Of a DNA stretch of 64,000 nucleotides, positions 63,301 through 64,000 are shown piece after piece (the first letter of the stretch is position 1; every line of letters starts with the position of its first letter). The stretch covers positions 24,304,001-24,368,000 of the forward strand of contig NW_026889782.1 in assembly GCF_033153115.1 (NCBI RefSeq), read 5' to 3'. The notes beneath the pieces are model-generated. The model worked only from the letters and a program-made list of their open reading frames with translations, made no database searches and was not told where the DNA came from. The translations under genes and the position numbers were made by a program. The DNA comes from Saccostrea echinata. Taxonomy: Eukaryota.

Positions 63301-64000
63301 TTTTATGCCCCCGGATCGAAAGATCCCGGAGGTATATTGTTTTTGTCCTGTCTGTCTGTTTGTCCGTTTGTCTGTCTGTCTGTTGTCAACTTTAACCTTG
63401 CCCATAACTTTTGATTGGTTGAAGCTACGACTTTCATATTTCACATGTGTATTCCTTGTGACAAGACCTTTCTTTGGGTACCATCATATTTGACCTTTTG
63501 ACCTTGACCTTGGAGTTTGACCCACTTTTGCAAAATTTTATGAGACTTTAACCTTGGCCATAACTTTTGAATGGTTGGAGCTAGGGCTTTCATACTTCAC
63601 ATATGTAATCCTTGTGACAAGACCTTCCTTTGAATACCAACGACTTTGACCATGACCTAGGAGTTTGACCTACTTTTGAAAAACTTTAACCTTGGCCATA
63701 ACTTTTGAATGGTTGATGCTAGGGCTTTCATACTTCACATATGTAATCCTTGTGACAGGACCTTCCTTTGGATACCAACAACTTTGACCCTTTGACCTTG
63801 ACCTAGGAGTTTGACCTACTTTTGAAAAACTTTAACCTTAGCCATAACTTTTGAATGGTTGTTGCTAGGGCTTTCATACTTCACATATGTAATCCTTATG
63901 ACAAGATCTTCCTTTGGATACCAACCACTTTGACCTTGACCTTGACTTTTATTTAAAAGACTTTAACCTTCACCATAACTTTAGAACAGTTGTATCTAGG
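63301..64000 (+). mobile_element. Helentron with ~140-150 bp repeats (runs off the window)
   Basis: 5' CCGGATC-gaaa-GATCCCGG hairpin, (TCTG)n, and ACTTTAACCTT..CCATAACTTT monomers. Confidence 0.9.

Overview
AT-rich eukaryotic genomic DNA, very probably a bivalve mollusc (oyster-like). This is inferred from Helentron/HINE elements carrying ~150-170 bp satellite arrays and from Deu/Nin-domain tRNA-SINEs. I found no clearly ordinary host gene; the window is a nested transposon graveyard. Recognisable parts are: (1) a near-intact, very young Mag-like Gypsy element (36198-40844) inside a Ngaro remnant; (2) two divergent LTR retrotransposons that both carry a TatD-family nuclease ORF just before an identical PPT and the 3' LTR (31950-33243; 42559-52295); (3) decayed Maverick/Polinton-like material: two protein-primed PolB N-terminal fragments, several AGTAGT/ACTACT candidate termini with subterminal repeats, and small TATA-driven spliced genes. 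Those genes include five PC4-like copies, secreted/membrane proteins, and an intact 4-exon 286-aa gene with RNA polymerase II CTD-like YSPxSPx heptads; (4) L1/Tx1 and Kolobok remnants, solo LTRs, SINEs, MITEs and at least 8 Helentrons. All assignments come from motif recognition and manual translation/splicing by eye; no database search was run, and the boundaries of degraded features are approximate.
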